DNA of 63,976 bases, filler included, from Fonticula-like sp. SCN 57-25 (Eukaryota), in assembly GCA_001724245.1 (NCBI GenBank). It is 4 parts of 4 records of this genome, joined end to end, with 100 filler letters (N's around TTAATTAATTAA, not from the genome) between each part and the next. Parts side by side here need not be neighbours in the genome. Positions count along the whole stretch, not along the records: positions 32,670 to 48,514 come from MEDX01000134.1; 3 more parts are not named here. The stretch is one strand, 5' to 3'. The notes under the pieces are model-generated. The model was not told the DNA's origin and ran no database searches. It was given only the letters and a program-made list of their open reading frames with translations. This document shows, in pieces, positions 35,105 to 47,299 of this stretch. Both the position numbers and the translations under genes were made by a program. Positions within the stretch are counted from its first letter, which is position 1; each line of letters begins with the position of its first letter.

Positions 35105-38100
35105 TTACAAGGTTGGCTTGACGGCCGCTGAGAGGAAAGCAGGGATTGACGCGTGGATCGCCTCCCCCGCCGGTCCCGCGAGCCTGTCCACAATGTCGCC
35201 TCTCCCGATGCACGCAGCAAAGAGCCCCACGCGGATGGCGAGCGCGCCCTCGGCCGCCGACGCGCGCCCCCCGCGCCCCTCGAGCTCTCCGCACGCCGTC
35301 TCTGCAAAGGCAACCGCCGCAGCATCCACACTCCACGTGGCTGACCGCGCACGAAGCGCAGCAAACGCCGCGACGGCGTCGCTGACCGGCTGGCGGTACA
35401 CGTTGTGCTCCTCACGTGCAAAGAGCCGCTTCGAATAGTCGTCGCCGTCAATGTCGAGCTCGGCGACGGCCCTCCGCGCGGCTTCAACAGGATCGCCCTG
35501 AACGGCGGCCTCTGGCAGCACAATGCGCGCGAGGAGAAGCTTTCCTGCGTGCTCGCCCTCCATGCTCACGATGCGTTCGTAGCAGCGCCGCGCAGCCACC
35601 TCGCTGGCAAGCGGCTCGTCGGTGCTGAGCAGCACACGCGCGCGGACGTCGTCGTGGTCGTCCTGCATAAGCCGCGCTGCGACCAAGAGCGCCCGCGCCG
35701 GCGCCGACGCGAGCCCCGGGAAAAGCTCCATGAGGCCGTCGGCGGCGGCGTCGCGCAGCGGCAGCGGCTGAGCCTCATCACTCAACTCCTCGAGCAGCTC
35801 GACGTACGCGGCGATTAGCGGCGCGTCGCCAGACAGACGCAGAACGCGACCGAGCGCAGCGCTCGCCGCCGCCCTTACTGCAAGCGGCCGCGGCGCGCGC
35901 GCCATCGCGTTCAGCTCGTCAATCACATCCAAAAGGCGGTCGGGCTGCGCAATGACCGCCAGTGCGTCAATCGCCGCGACGGTCAGGCCGGGCGGCGGCG
36001 GCGGAGAGCGGCGCTCAAGGACGGCCGCAGATACCGCCTCGCGCACGCCGGCAATGTCGCACAGCGCGCCGTTGTCTGCAATGAACTGCAGCGCAACGGT
36101 GCGCACAGTGACTGCCTCATCATTCAGCAGCGTCGCGCACCGCTCGGCCAACGTGATAGAATCACCAGTCGCAGCCGCGCAGAGCGCCAAACGAGCGAGC
36201 TGCACGCGCAGTTCGGTGCGGCCGACGGGCGAACAGTTTTCCTTTTCTGCGACGCTTGTTGCGGCACGCTGGGCGACATCAAGAAGAGCGGCACACTTTT
36301 CGCGGCCGACGCGCTCCGCGAGGTCGACGACGAGCGCGATGAGCGCTGCGCGCGTCACGTTGCCCTTGTTGGCGGCGGCGAGCAACAGAGGCGCGCGCTG
36401 TACTGCATCTGTAAAGCGCGCGACGAGCCCCGACGCATCAGAAGTTGCCGCAGCCACAACAGCCACCTCGCGCAGCTGCATGACAAGACCGTGCAGCATG
36501 TTCTGCTGTAGCGGCGCACAGGCCGCGTCGGCAGCCATGGCGCACATCTCGCCCAAGAGCTCATTAACGGCGGCGCCCGCCAGGACGGCCGGGACGAGCG
36601 CGCGCGCCGCCATCGTGCGGACCTGAAAGATGGACGAGCGCGCGCAGCGGCGCAGGAGCGGTACGAACGGCGCGAGCGAAAAGGCAGCGTCGCCGTCAGC
36701 GGCCGCGTCGAGTCGTGCGAGGAGCGTGAGGATCGGATGCAGGCCGGGGTGCAGCGCCGTGTGGTTCTCCGTGTCGTTGACGGCCTGCGTCAGCTGCTGC
36801 AGGAGAAAGCCGTGCATCGCAGGGAAGCGCGCGAAAAAGTCGCGCGACGTGAGCGCAGCGGGCCGCAGACCGCCGCCAGAAGAGTTCTTGGCAGTCGCAA
36901 AGACGCGCGCGACAAGCATGCCGTACAGCATCGTCGCGCAGTTACGGACCGCCCAGCGAGGCGCTCCAAATCGCGTGATGGCAAGCATAAAGGCGTCCGC
37001 AAGGAAAGCCGAGACGTGAGGGGCGAGGCGCGCGTCGCGAAAGATCATGCGGAGAATGTTGAATGCGTGCACCTGGGGGAGCTCGGCGCGCGCCTGGCTG
37101 CTGTCCGTGTCAGCGTCAGCGTCGTCGTCGGCGCCGGCGGGCTTGGCAGCGAGCGCAAAGAGGCTCTTCATCGTCGTGGCCATCAGGTGGCGGCTCGACG
37201 GCGACGTCGGCTCGGCGTGCAACTATAAGGATATGTAAGCAATGAAAAGCAATAAAAAGCAGCATAAACGCACCACTGCAACGACGAGGTACGGGAGACC
37301 TGCCGAGCGGCGCGTCACCGACATAGTGTCAAAAGTCTCGAGCTTCTCGAGCAGATCCGCGACGAGCTCTCCCGGTGCGAGCTGCAGGCGGCGGTTCTGC
37401 GAGCGAACAAGCAGCGTGCAGATAATCTCAAAACCGTCGGCGAGCGAGCAGATGGCGCCGAGGTGGCGCACTGAGAGCAGGTGGTGCGCAAAGAGGCGCG
37501 CGACGCCAAGCGCGTCGTCGACGCTAAGCGCAGTGTCGACGACCGACGGCGTAGCGAGGTGCCGCGGGAGGCTCCCGAGCACCTGCGCGAGAAGGAAGCT
37601 CGTCGCCTTGGTCGAGCGCCAGCACAGGCTCAGCACCGCCACATGGGCCGACGTCTCGCCGCCCTCCGCCATTGCCTCGTCGTCGCCGTCCATCTGTTCG
37701 CCGCCGCCAAGGGCGTCAGCGTCATCGTCGCCCGCCGCCGCCGACCCCTCTGGCGCGACATTTGTCATTATGGGCGCGACAATATCGAGCACCCGCGCCG
37801 ATAGCGCGAGGATGCGCTGCAGGACGCTGCTCCACATCGAGATCTCCTCGTTGGACCTGAGCGAGACGCGCTGCAGCACGTAGCGCACAGCGGTGACAAG
37901 GCCAAACATGGGCGCCGAGCGACTCGCGGTGCCGAGGTCCGCCTGCGCAGCGTCCATCTGGCGCTCAAGGCGGCTCAGAAGCGCATGCGCAAAGACCACA
38001 GGCGTGTTCGCGTCGGGCTGCGCATCCATGTTTTCGTCGCCATCGTCGGCCAAGAGATTCCAGCCGAGCTCGCAGACGTACTTTGAAAAGAGCACCTGAA

Positions 38101-40565
38101 CGAGCATAGCGCCGCCGTCGCTCTCGAGTCCGCGCGGCACGTCGCACACGGCGAGCGCCTGCTGCATGAGCTGCGCGGCGCCCGCCCTGGTCTCGACACC
38201 CGGCCACGGCACGGGCGCCTCTTCGAGGAGCGCGAGCGCGAGTCTCCTATTCTTTTCGAATGTGTCCTGCAGGATGCCGAGGAGGAGACGCACAAGGCGC
38301 GCCGTCATGATGCGCACGGGGAACGGAAAGGTGGGCACCTTGGCCTCGGGCCGCGGGACGTACGTGGACGGCGGCGGGACCGTGCCGGCGAGGCTAAAGA
38401 CCTTGGCGAACAGGCCGAGCCACTCGAGCGCCGACGTGACGTGCTGGAAGCGCGCCGAGGGGAACATTTGCATGCAGATCCATTCGACAAACCACTCGCA
38501 AAAGTCGCGCGCGTTGCGAATGTCGGTCTCGTGGAGGTCGGGTGCGGCACTCCGAGCGCTGCGCTCCTTGGCCATGTGGAAAACAGAGTCGCGAATGCGG
38601 CGGAAGAAGCGGTCGAGGTACGTCGACTGCTTGAAACGGAAATCGGCCGACGTCTCGTGCAGGTTGTGCGGCAGGTACGCGTCGCGCAGAAGCGCGTACT
38701 CGACCGCCGTCACGGGCGTCACGGCGCGGCGCGAGTTGCATATGAGCCCGAGGGCGTCGATGCGCACCTGAAGGTCGCGGTGTTGCAGCGCCGCCAGCAG
38801 CTCTCCGGCGCCGTAGCTGTCCAGCGAGGCGTAGCCAAGCTCGCGGCCCGCCTGCAGCAGCGCCATGCTCGCGCTCACGCGGTGCTGTACGGCGGCGGGC
38901 GTCTCGGCGGGGAGGCTGCGCACGGCAGCAAAGAGGCTGTCAAAGAGGCCGTCGGCAAGCGGCAGCAGGTCTTTGAGGCAGTATACGGTCACGTTTGTGC
39001 GCATATTGCCGCTCGGCGACACGAGCGCGGCAGCAACGCCGGGCACCCACAGCGCCTCCCACTCGGCGCGCGGCAAGAAGCGCTGCGCGGCCACCACAAG
39101 CGCGACGTACAGCTCGCACGCGCTCTGCATCGTCAGTGACTGCGCCAGCGCGCTCAGTGTGTCGTCGAGCAGCGACGGCGCGCCAGTGCGCAGCAGCCAC
39201 TCCACGTCCACGTCGGGCAGAAGGATCAGCAGTGGCCGGTAACGGCTCTTGACGCGCCAGTCCAAGCCCAGCGCGCGCGCCAGCAGCCGCCCAAAGTGGC
39301 TGTTAATGTCGGCAGAGGGCCGCGCGGGCGCCGGAGCTGCCGCCTGGTCGTCCAGCCACTTGAAGACCTTTGCCGCGTTGGCAAAGAGGTCGCGCACGCG
39401 GTGTGCCACAATGGGTACCGGGTCCTCCCAGAACTGCCAGCTATAGTCCACGACGGCCGACAGCGCATCCGTGTTGATGATGGCAAGCGCCTGCTCGCTG
39501 GGGAGCTCGGTGGTCGCGAGCTGCAGCATGGCGGTCCACTCGGTCAGCGATTGGAACGCGAGGATGCGCGTGGCGTGGTCGGACGCGCGCTGCGCCACCG
39601 TCAACAGCGCCTTTGAGATGCACTCGGCGGGACCCGCCAGCTTGAACGGCCACGAGCCGGACGACATGGCGCCGCGGCACGCAGCGAGCGCGGCAAAGTC
39701 CGACGGTGCCTTGTCAAAGCACTCGGCGCGCCACGCCAAGGCGGCCTCGGCGGGCGAAAGGCGCGTCTCAAAGAGGAGCACCATGACCATGGCAATGACA
39801 AAGTGCGCGTCGGGCGTAGCGTGGCGCGAGTGGACAACCGAGAGCAGCGCCGATTCCATCTGGCGGAAGCGGTCGCCCTCGCTCAGCACTTGGGCGAGCG
39901 CCTGCCGGTGCAACCGCGCAATAGAGAGAAATATCTTGCTGGCGGACACAATCAGCACCAACCGTGCGTCAAGCTCGGTGATCTGCTCCTGCGATAGCGA
40001 CGTGAGGGCCGCGACTGGCGCGACGGCCTCGCCGGCCAGCCGTGCTGCCTTTTCAATAAAGTAGGGAAGGCAGTCGCTCTGCACGACCAGGCTCCCCAGC
40101 ATGTGGTTAAGGTCAAACACAGCCACAAGGCCTTCCAGCGCGGCCGCGTCCATGCGCACGAGCGCTGCACGCAGCGTGTCGGTCAGCTCCTTGGTGATGC
40201 GCGGCACGTGGTCGGTGGCGGATTGAACTACGGACAAGAGCGGCTTGCGCAGCTGCAGCGGTGTCGGCGACAGAACCGTCTCGGTACACGCCACAGCAAG
40301 GTCCAGTACAAGCGACTCGTCTGTCATGCTGCGCACGGCGGTGGACGTTTCGGCGGCGGCGCGCATCCTCATCTTGACGTCGGCCGTGACATTGCCGATG
40401 GCGGCGATGGTCGATCGATGGCGCTCATCGGCACGCAAAGAGAGCGCAATAAACGGGTTGGGCACCGTCTTGGCATCGCTCACCGTTGCGATGCAGCGCC
40501 GCTGGAAGGGGAAAGATCGCGGTTAGTACAAGGAGTGCATGCCTCGCGGCCCGCACCTTCTTCAT
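35105..40565 (-). CDS. THADA: THADA / Trm732 tRNA-32 2'-O-methylation cofactor; 9-nt first coding exon (MKK), introns ~40503-40556 and ~37223-37272
   Basis: DUF2428 signatures [54 protein letters not shown] and [11 protein letters not shown]. Confidence 0.9.
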
Positions 40566-40608
40566 CGTCGCGCGGCAGATCACGTGGCCACAATTCAGCG
40601 TGCCTGAG

Positions 40609-41637
40609 ATGGGCGATTCGTTTTCGGGCACGCCGGACCGCGTGCGGATCCTTGTCCTAGGAGACTCGGACGTTGGCAAGTCGAGCCTGGTGCACTTGCT
40701 ATGCAAAGGAGAAGTGCTTTGGCATCCAAGCAGGACAATCGGCTGCAATGTGGACGTGGTGGTACGCGATGAGCTCTCCTTTGAAATATCAGCGGTTAAT
40801 CAGCATGCCGGCAGTTACACACGTATCCCAAGGTGTCTCAGCCGTGCGCAATAGAGTTTATGGACGTCGGCGGCAGCATTCGTCAGGACCGGAGCATCGG
40901 CGTCTTTTTCCGCAACATTGACGGCATCATGCTCGTGCATGACGCAAACAACCGCAAGTCGTACAAGAACCTGTGGCAGTGGCTCGCCATCTACCACAGC
41001 CAGCGGGGGACGAGCAGGCAGCAGGGCGGCCCGCATACACCTTCGCCAAGTGTTGCGTCAAACCCTTCGGTGGATGCCTTGCAGATGCCGGTAGCATCGA
41101 GCTGGCCATGGCCGCTCAAGCTCGTGCTTCCCGCCAAGGCCGCGCCCAATTTCGACGCCCTTTCAAGCATGTCGGGTACATTTCTTCATACAATTACCAT
41201 GGTTCAATACTGAACTCTTTTTGTGGCGCTGTTGTAGACGCAGAGCTCATGGATAGCGGCATGATCGAGGTACCGATTCTGCTGGTTGGAAACAAGGCCG
41301 ACCTCTTGAGCGCCGAGCAGACAGCACGCCCGAGGCGATACAGCATTACTCAGGAGTTTAGGTGTAATTCAATTACAATGGTATGTCTTTTTCGGCTGTT
41401 AATATACCGCTGCTCACTGCTTGGTATTTGCAGAGTTCAAAGAGCGGTGATAGCTACACCAAGCATCTGGGATCGCTGAACGATTTCTTCAATTCCGTCA
41501 TTGAGCACAAGAGGGGGACCGGTCAGCGGGCGAGCAGCGGTGAGTCGTCTCGCGGGATGTACGGTAACCCGCTGAAGCGGCCGACATTGCATAGGGCGCC
41601 GGGATCAGGAAGGCCGGCGATGGGCGGGATCGTCTGA
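40609..41637 (+). CDS. RABL3: Rab-like GTPase 3, spliced (about 4 exons)
   Basis: [23 protein letters not shown]...[38 protein letters not shown] and [10 protein letters not shown]. Confidence 0.88.
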
Positions 41638-41827
41638 GCGCATCACATTCACTGTACTTTTACTTGTACATTATCTAGCATTAAGCATTATATCAATTTC
41701 TTCCATACCACTGCTGGCCTTTATTGTTTTTTATTTGGCCTTTAATGCACATATTCTCCTTCTGATGTCAAATATGGCGCTCTTGATTTTGCGCGGCAAA
41801 TCCACTGTGCTGACTGTACATATCGGC

Positions 41828-43417
41828 ATGGCCACGGCGTCGTTTCACAGCGGTTTTGGGCAGCGGTGGGATGAGCGTGCCCGCACCGCCGACGTCCTTG
41901 GCGACGACGACGGAGCGTCCTTGACAGCCTTCAAGGACCTGCTTCTTCCTGCTTCGCTTTTGGCGGGCCTTGATGCGGCCGGCTACGCTCACCCATCCCC
42001 CGTCCAAGCACGCGCGCTGCCCATCGTGCGCCTCGGCGTAGACGTACTGGTGCAGGCCAAGTCTGGGACAGGAAAAACGCTTGTTTTTGCGGTGGCAGCG
42101 CTTCAGGCGGTGCAGCCTGACATTCGCGCTCCGCAGGTGCTCATCATTGCGCCGACGCGGGAGATCGCGGTGCAGATCAACGACGTGATCTCGGCGGTGG
42201 GCAAGTTTATGGACGGCGTGAGCAGCAATGTGTTTATCGGTGGCATGTCTGAAGAGCACGACGCCGTCACAGCGGGAGGCACACACATTTGCGTTGGCAC
42301 TGCGGGCCGCCTCGCGCTGCTGATGCGCTCCGGCGCGCTGCCTGCCACGCTGCTCAAGCTCGTAGTGCTCGATGAGGCTGACAAGCTGATGGACAAGATC
42401 TTTGCCGATCCGCTGCGCGACATCTTTGCCTTGGTACCCTCAAAGAAGCAAGTCATTGCCTGCTCTGCGACGTTTCCTTCGTCGGTCCGCCGCGCGCTGG
42501 ACCCTCTCCTGCGCGACCCGCAGCTCGTCCAAATGTCGTCGAGCGAAGTCGCGCTCGCCGGCGTCCGCCAGTACTACCGCCTCGTGGACGTCCCGCCAGG
42601 GACGACCCCCGCGCGCGTACAGGACATGAAGGCGCGCGTGCTCCTTAAGCTCCTCGACACGCTCTCCTTTCACCAGTGCATCGTTTTCCTCAACAGCCGC
42701 GGCCGCGCCGCCCAGCTTGCGGCTCTTTTAAGCGACTGCGGGTGGGCCGCGGCCAACATTAGCGGCGGCCAGGAGCAGCAGCAGCGCCTGCAGGCCATGT
42801 CAGACTTGCGCCAGTTCCGCGTCCGCGTCCTCGTCTCGACCGACCTCATCGCGCGCGGCGTCGACATGGAGCGCGTCAACGTCGTCATCAACGTGGACGT
42901 GCCGCCCAACGAGGAGACGTACATGCACCGCGTGGGGCGCACGGGGCGATTTGGCAGCCTCGGCGTCGCCGTCACAATTGTTACAGAGAAGGAAATGGAG
43001 CGACTCGACGCGATTCGCAGCACGTACGCGGTCGATGTCGCGCCGCTCGAGGAGGGAGAGGCGATCCCAGCAGAGCAGTACGACTATGCGATCGCGGCGG
43101 AAGAGGAGGCGAAGGCAGTAAAGCGGCTTGCTACAAAGCGGCCCGCCGAGCCACTTTCCGACGCAGAGATTGAGCAGCGGCTCGCAAAGAACCGCCGCAC
43201 GCAAGACGATACACACAAAAATGGGACCGACGATGGGATTGAAGAGGGAATGGACGACGGGATCGATGACGGCGGCGATGACATCTACGATCACAACGAC
43301 AACGATGATAATGGTTATGGTTACAATGACAATGGCTCAAACGAGAGGCAGGCGCAGTGGCGGCCGTTTATCCCGCCAGATTTGCTATTTGATCTCGACT
43401 TTGCGCCGAGCGAGTGA
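41828..43417 (+). CDS. DDX20: DEAD-box RNA helicase Gemin3/DDX20
   Basis: N-terminal RTADV, PSPVQARALP, QAKSGTGKT, PTREIAVQ, LDEAD, SAT, TDLIARGVD and HRVGRTGRFG. Acidic tail. Confidence 0.8.
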   Translation: MATASFHSGFGQRWDERARTADVLGDDDGASLTAFKDLLLPASLLAGLDAAGYAHPSPVQARALPIVRLGVDVLVQAKSGTGKTLVFAVAALQAVQPDIRAPQVLIIAPTREIAVQINDVISAVGKFMDGVSSNVFIGGMSEEHDAVTAGGTHICVGTAGRLALLMRSGALPATLLKLVVLDEADKLMDKIFADPLRDIFALVPSKKQVIACSATFPSSVRRALDPLLRDPQLVQMSSSEVALAGVRQYYRLVDVPPGTTPARVQDMKARVLLKLLDTLSFHQCIVFLNSRGRAAQLAALLSDCGWAAANISGGQEQQQRLQAMSDLRQFRVRVLVSTDLIARGVDMERVNVVINVDVPPNEETYMHRVGRTGRFGSLGVAVTIVTEKEMERLDAIRSTYAVDVAPLEEGEAIPAEQYDYAIAAEEEAKAVKRLATKRPAEPLSDAEIEQRLAKNRRTQDDTHKNGTDDGIEEGMDDGIDDGGDDIYDHNDNDDNGYGYNDNGSNERQAQWRPFIPPDLLFDLDFAPSE

Positions 43418-43591
43418 TGCTTTTGTGTATGATACATGTCGCAGACTGATATATTTTACTTGTATTCGTAATAACCACGCAACACCGGACACTTGCCAAT
43501 GCAAATACGAAAACGCGCACTGAACAGCTCAACAAACAGCTCAACAATAATCACAAGAAACAAAAGCGGCAAGTTAAACACGGCGACGCGC

Positions 43592-44476
43592 TTACTCGTC
43601 GTCCTCCTCGTCGTCCTCCTCGTCGTCCTCATCCATGTCGGAAAAGTCCATGCCCTCGAGCTCCTCGTCGTCGCTATCATCGACTTCGCCAATGTAGTAC
43701 TTGAAGGCGTTGGTGCTGACCTCCTTGAGCGCGCGGATCACGGCGTCGGTGGCGTCAGCGTCCGTCTCAGAGAAGAGCTTGAAGAAGCCGGGGGCGTCGT
43801 CCTCATCGACAGCGCGCTTCTTGCCCTTGCCAGAGCTCTCAGCGGGGGCGGTAAGGTCCTATAAAACAAAACTGTCAGATGGCCGCGCGGGAAAGTGCCC
43901 TGAAAACGCACCTTGCCGGCCTTCCACTTGATGGGGTGCGACACAACAGAGGCCTCGCTCGAGGGATCCTCGCTGAACGTCAGCTCCTTGACAACGGTCG
44001 TCTGGTCCAGGTGGTTGTTCGGGCCAAACGTCTATGCGGCATTAGATATGCAAAGGGTTCAACGGCATTGCGTACGAGGGTCACGGTGATGGCCTCGAGG
44101 CGGTCCTTGCCGACCTGGCGGACGCGAATGTCCGAGATCGACTGGAGCAGGGGCAGCTCGCGCTCCGAGATGAGGGCGCTCAGCATGCGGTGGTTCTGGA
44201 TCTGCAGGGATCACACCTTGTCGTCAGCGCACGGCGCACGTGGGGGCCACGAGGGCGTACCGCGGTGATCCAGAACTCGGGCACCTCCTTGAGGAGGGCC
44301 AGGCGGCGCTCAAAGATCGCCTCGCGCTTCTTGTCGAAAAGAAGCTCGAGCTTCTCGGCCTCCTTGGAGAGCTCGTTGCTGAGCTCCTCAACGTCGTTGT
44401 GGAGCGCCGCGAGCTTCTCGAGGGCATTGCCGGCCCCCTTGCCGGACTCCTGCTTCACCTTCTTCTGCGACGCCAT
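43592..44476 (-). CDS. NAP-family histone chaperone (SET/TSPY/Vps75-like), 4 exons
   Basis: KKREAIFERRLALLKEVPEFWITA|IQNH..L, PNNHLDQTTVVKE, IKWKAGK and GFFKLF. Poly-acidic C-terminus. Confidence 0.8.
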
Positions 44477-44572
44477 GTGTGTACACTGCAAATGTCTCAG
44501 AATTTGTGAATTGGTGACTCATCATTTGTATTGAGACGAAATCTGCTGTCACCGCGGCCCAGCTCGAGCGGC

Positions 44573-44906
44573 ATGTCGGGCAAGCTCTACACTGCGTGGC
44601 AGTACTCTCCGCGGACGCGGCTATGGCCCGTTCTTGTTGCGAATGTGCTGGGCGTCTACGCCGGTTTTACATATGTCGAGATAGACTATCGCTTGCGACA
44701 GGTTCGCGCGATTGTGCCCGACATGTCCATGTGCGCTGACACCTGGCCTCTAGGAAGCATTCTGGGCGCAGAGCCCGGGTCGCACGCCGCCGTCGTACAA
44801 GGCGTGGTGGATGCCGGCTTCAAAGGCAAAGATTGCGCCGGAAGATTTTGATGATGAAGAGCTGGAGAATGCCGGCAAGGCTCCATCCGGGCCCATGATG
44901 CGGTGA
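44573..44906 (+). CDS. Small (~93 aa) single-pass membrane protein of unknown function; intron 44702-44752
   Basis: MSGKLYTAWQYSPRTRLWPVLVANVLGVYAGFTYVEIDYRLRQ|EAFWAQSPGRTPPSYKAWWMPASK...PMMR*. Canonical GTTCGC...CTGAC...TAG intron keeps frame. Confidence 0.6.
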
Positions 44907-45010
44907 TCCCCAATGCCGAGTAACGCTTTTGCGGTAAACCATTCAGTGTTGTATAATGTGTATATTATCTCTCTACATTCCAATAATAATGCATACAGTC
45001 GTTCATTCGT

Positions 45011-47230
45011 TCATTCCTCCTCGCCCTCCCCTTCCACCTCCATTGTATCCTCTTCGGCCTCCTCCTGATCGTCGTACTGGTCAAAGTCAAACCACCCTAC
45101 GCTGCCGTTGTCCGCCGACGTGACGACGACCAGCCGCCTCGCCACGCTCGCGCTGACTGTCGCAATGCGGCTCGGAATGTGCCACGACAGAGCGACACGC
45201 TGCTCATAAACAACGTCCTTGCCCCGGTTCTCCTTGAGCACCGGCCGCCGCATGATCGGGTCGTCCTTTAGCGGAACAAAGTCGTCCTCCGTGAGCGCCA
45301 TGATCTGCACCAGGCTTTCTGTGCCGCTCTCGCCATCCATGTGCCACAGCAGCATCACCTGTCCGTCGTCAAACATGTCCAGCTGCATCAGCGTGCGATC
45401 GGCCGGCAGCCGAACGCTCGCCACGAGCACCTGAGTGTCGCTCCCCTGCGCCGCCCTGCTGAACCGAATCATAAAAAAGAGATCGGGGTCCTGCAGCATG
45501 GCGAGCCCCAGCGACGGCTCGGCGCCCTCCAGCGTCACTTCCCTGGCGGCGAGCAGCGTGGCGGGCTGGCAGGCAAACGCCGACGTCGCCGACCACTCCC
45601 ACGTCGACACAGACTTTGTCGAGACACTGCCGAGAAGGGCGCGCACAGCGGCGTCCATGTCGCGCATGGCGGTCGTCAGAGCGCCGTCAACGCCCAACAC
45701 GGCATTCAGAGGTGTCCGCCCATAGTCGCTCTGCAAAAAGGCGATCAGATCCAGCGCGAGGTTGCTGCTCAGCGGCTCGGCCTTGTCGGTCACACCGGCA
45801 ATCACTAAGGAAGCGGTTAGAAAACGTCAATAACATTCAGTACGGTCATGCGTACGCTGCTCAAAGCTGGACAAAAAGCTGTGCCACATTTGGCGCTGCT
45901 CGGCAATGACGTCAGCAGCGCGCTCGAGCTGCTTGGCGACCTCGCTGGCGGCCTTTAGAAACCTGTCTACATCCTCCTGGACGAGCGTCGCCGCGGCCTT
46001 GCCGCCGCGCACGCCCCACCGAGCGAGCCCGAGAAGCGTGGCGCCGTCGGCGATGAGGAGCCGCGCGAGTGCGAGCATGCTTGTCGTAATTATGCGCAGG
46101 CAAGTCGTAAAGCCTGTGTTGATCGCCTTGGCGGGCCGCTGCAGGTCCGTGTTTGCGCTCCGCGTAAGCAGCGCCCGCAGCTGCATTGTGAGCAGGCCCG
46201 CCGTGACGGCCTTGATAAAGTGTAATGACGCGCCCTCGCCGGCCATCTGCGAAAATTGGCTCTCGAGCGGGTTGATCACGACAGAAGACGCCGCCTTGAC
46301 CGCGTTGTACTGCTCGACAGGCCCTGTCGTGTGAACGCCTTGGATGAGATTATTGAGCCCGTCAATGCGAAGTAAAAGGCTCGTAATGTCCAGCCATTTT
46401 GACGTATCAGACGAGAGACGCGAGTCGAGAAGCGCAAAGCGGACATCGGCAATACCGAGGTCAGACGAGTGCGACGTGAATACAGCAACCTGTCCCGACT
46501 TGGTCATCGCATGAAGAACTTGCGGCTCGTCCTGGTCTTCTTCCAATTCCACGGCAAGTGAGGGCGCAAGCGCGCGGCACATTGTGTAGCCGCGAAGAAT
46601 GTCTACCGACACGCCGCCGTTTTGGTGAAGCAGGCCCAGCGTCTCGATGACCGGGGGCTCCGTGTGCGACGGAAGCCACGCAGGTAGCCACACCAAGGGC
46701 TCCTCCTCCGAGTCCAGCACGGCGGGGGGGGCAATCGTGGCTTCGGGTAGCCCGTGGTCGGGCAGATCTTGCATGACCTTGCGCACTAGCGAGGTAGGCG
46801 CCGTCGATGCCGTGGTGCGCTGCACCGTACGCCACCGTACGCTGCGGACCGGATCCGCTTGCCTCTTGTCAACCACATGGCCGTTCGTGCCGTCCACAAC
46901 GACGACCTTGTTGGAATCAAGCGCCAGTGCCAAATGACGGCCGTCGGGGCTCCACTCCATCGCGAGCGGCCTCGTCTTGTTGAGCGTCCGCGACAGCCAC
47001 AGGCGCTGCCAGTCTATGCGGTACACGGCGACCTCTCCCGACTGCATGGCAACCGCCATCAGGTTGAGCGTGGGGCACATCGCCGCGATCGCCACATGGT
47101 GGACGGTCTCGCTCCAGCTCACCTCGGCCGTTTGCATCGCTGCAACCGACGCCGGTGTCACCGTTTCTGCAAGCAATGCGACACCGGACAATGTGACGTC
47201 ACGGGTTTCTCGATGATGATTGGTCAACAT
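45011..47230 (-). CDS. ANAPC4: Anaphase-promoting complex subunit 4 (start codon uncertain: 47230 or 47137); intron ~45805-45855
   Basis: WD40 N-terminus MCPTLNLMAVA...VAVYRIDWQRLW...MEWSPDGRHLALA, helical middle (LLGLARW), and C-terminal LDMFDDGQVMLL/VSASVARRLVVV. Confidence 0.75.
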
Positions 47231-47299
47231 CTCCACAGCATATCGATGATAGGTCAAGAGCGATTGACAAATTGTTGACCGGCATCGCCCACCATTGTC

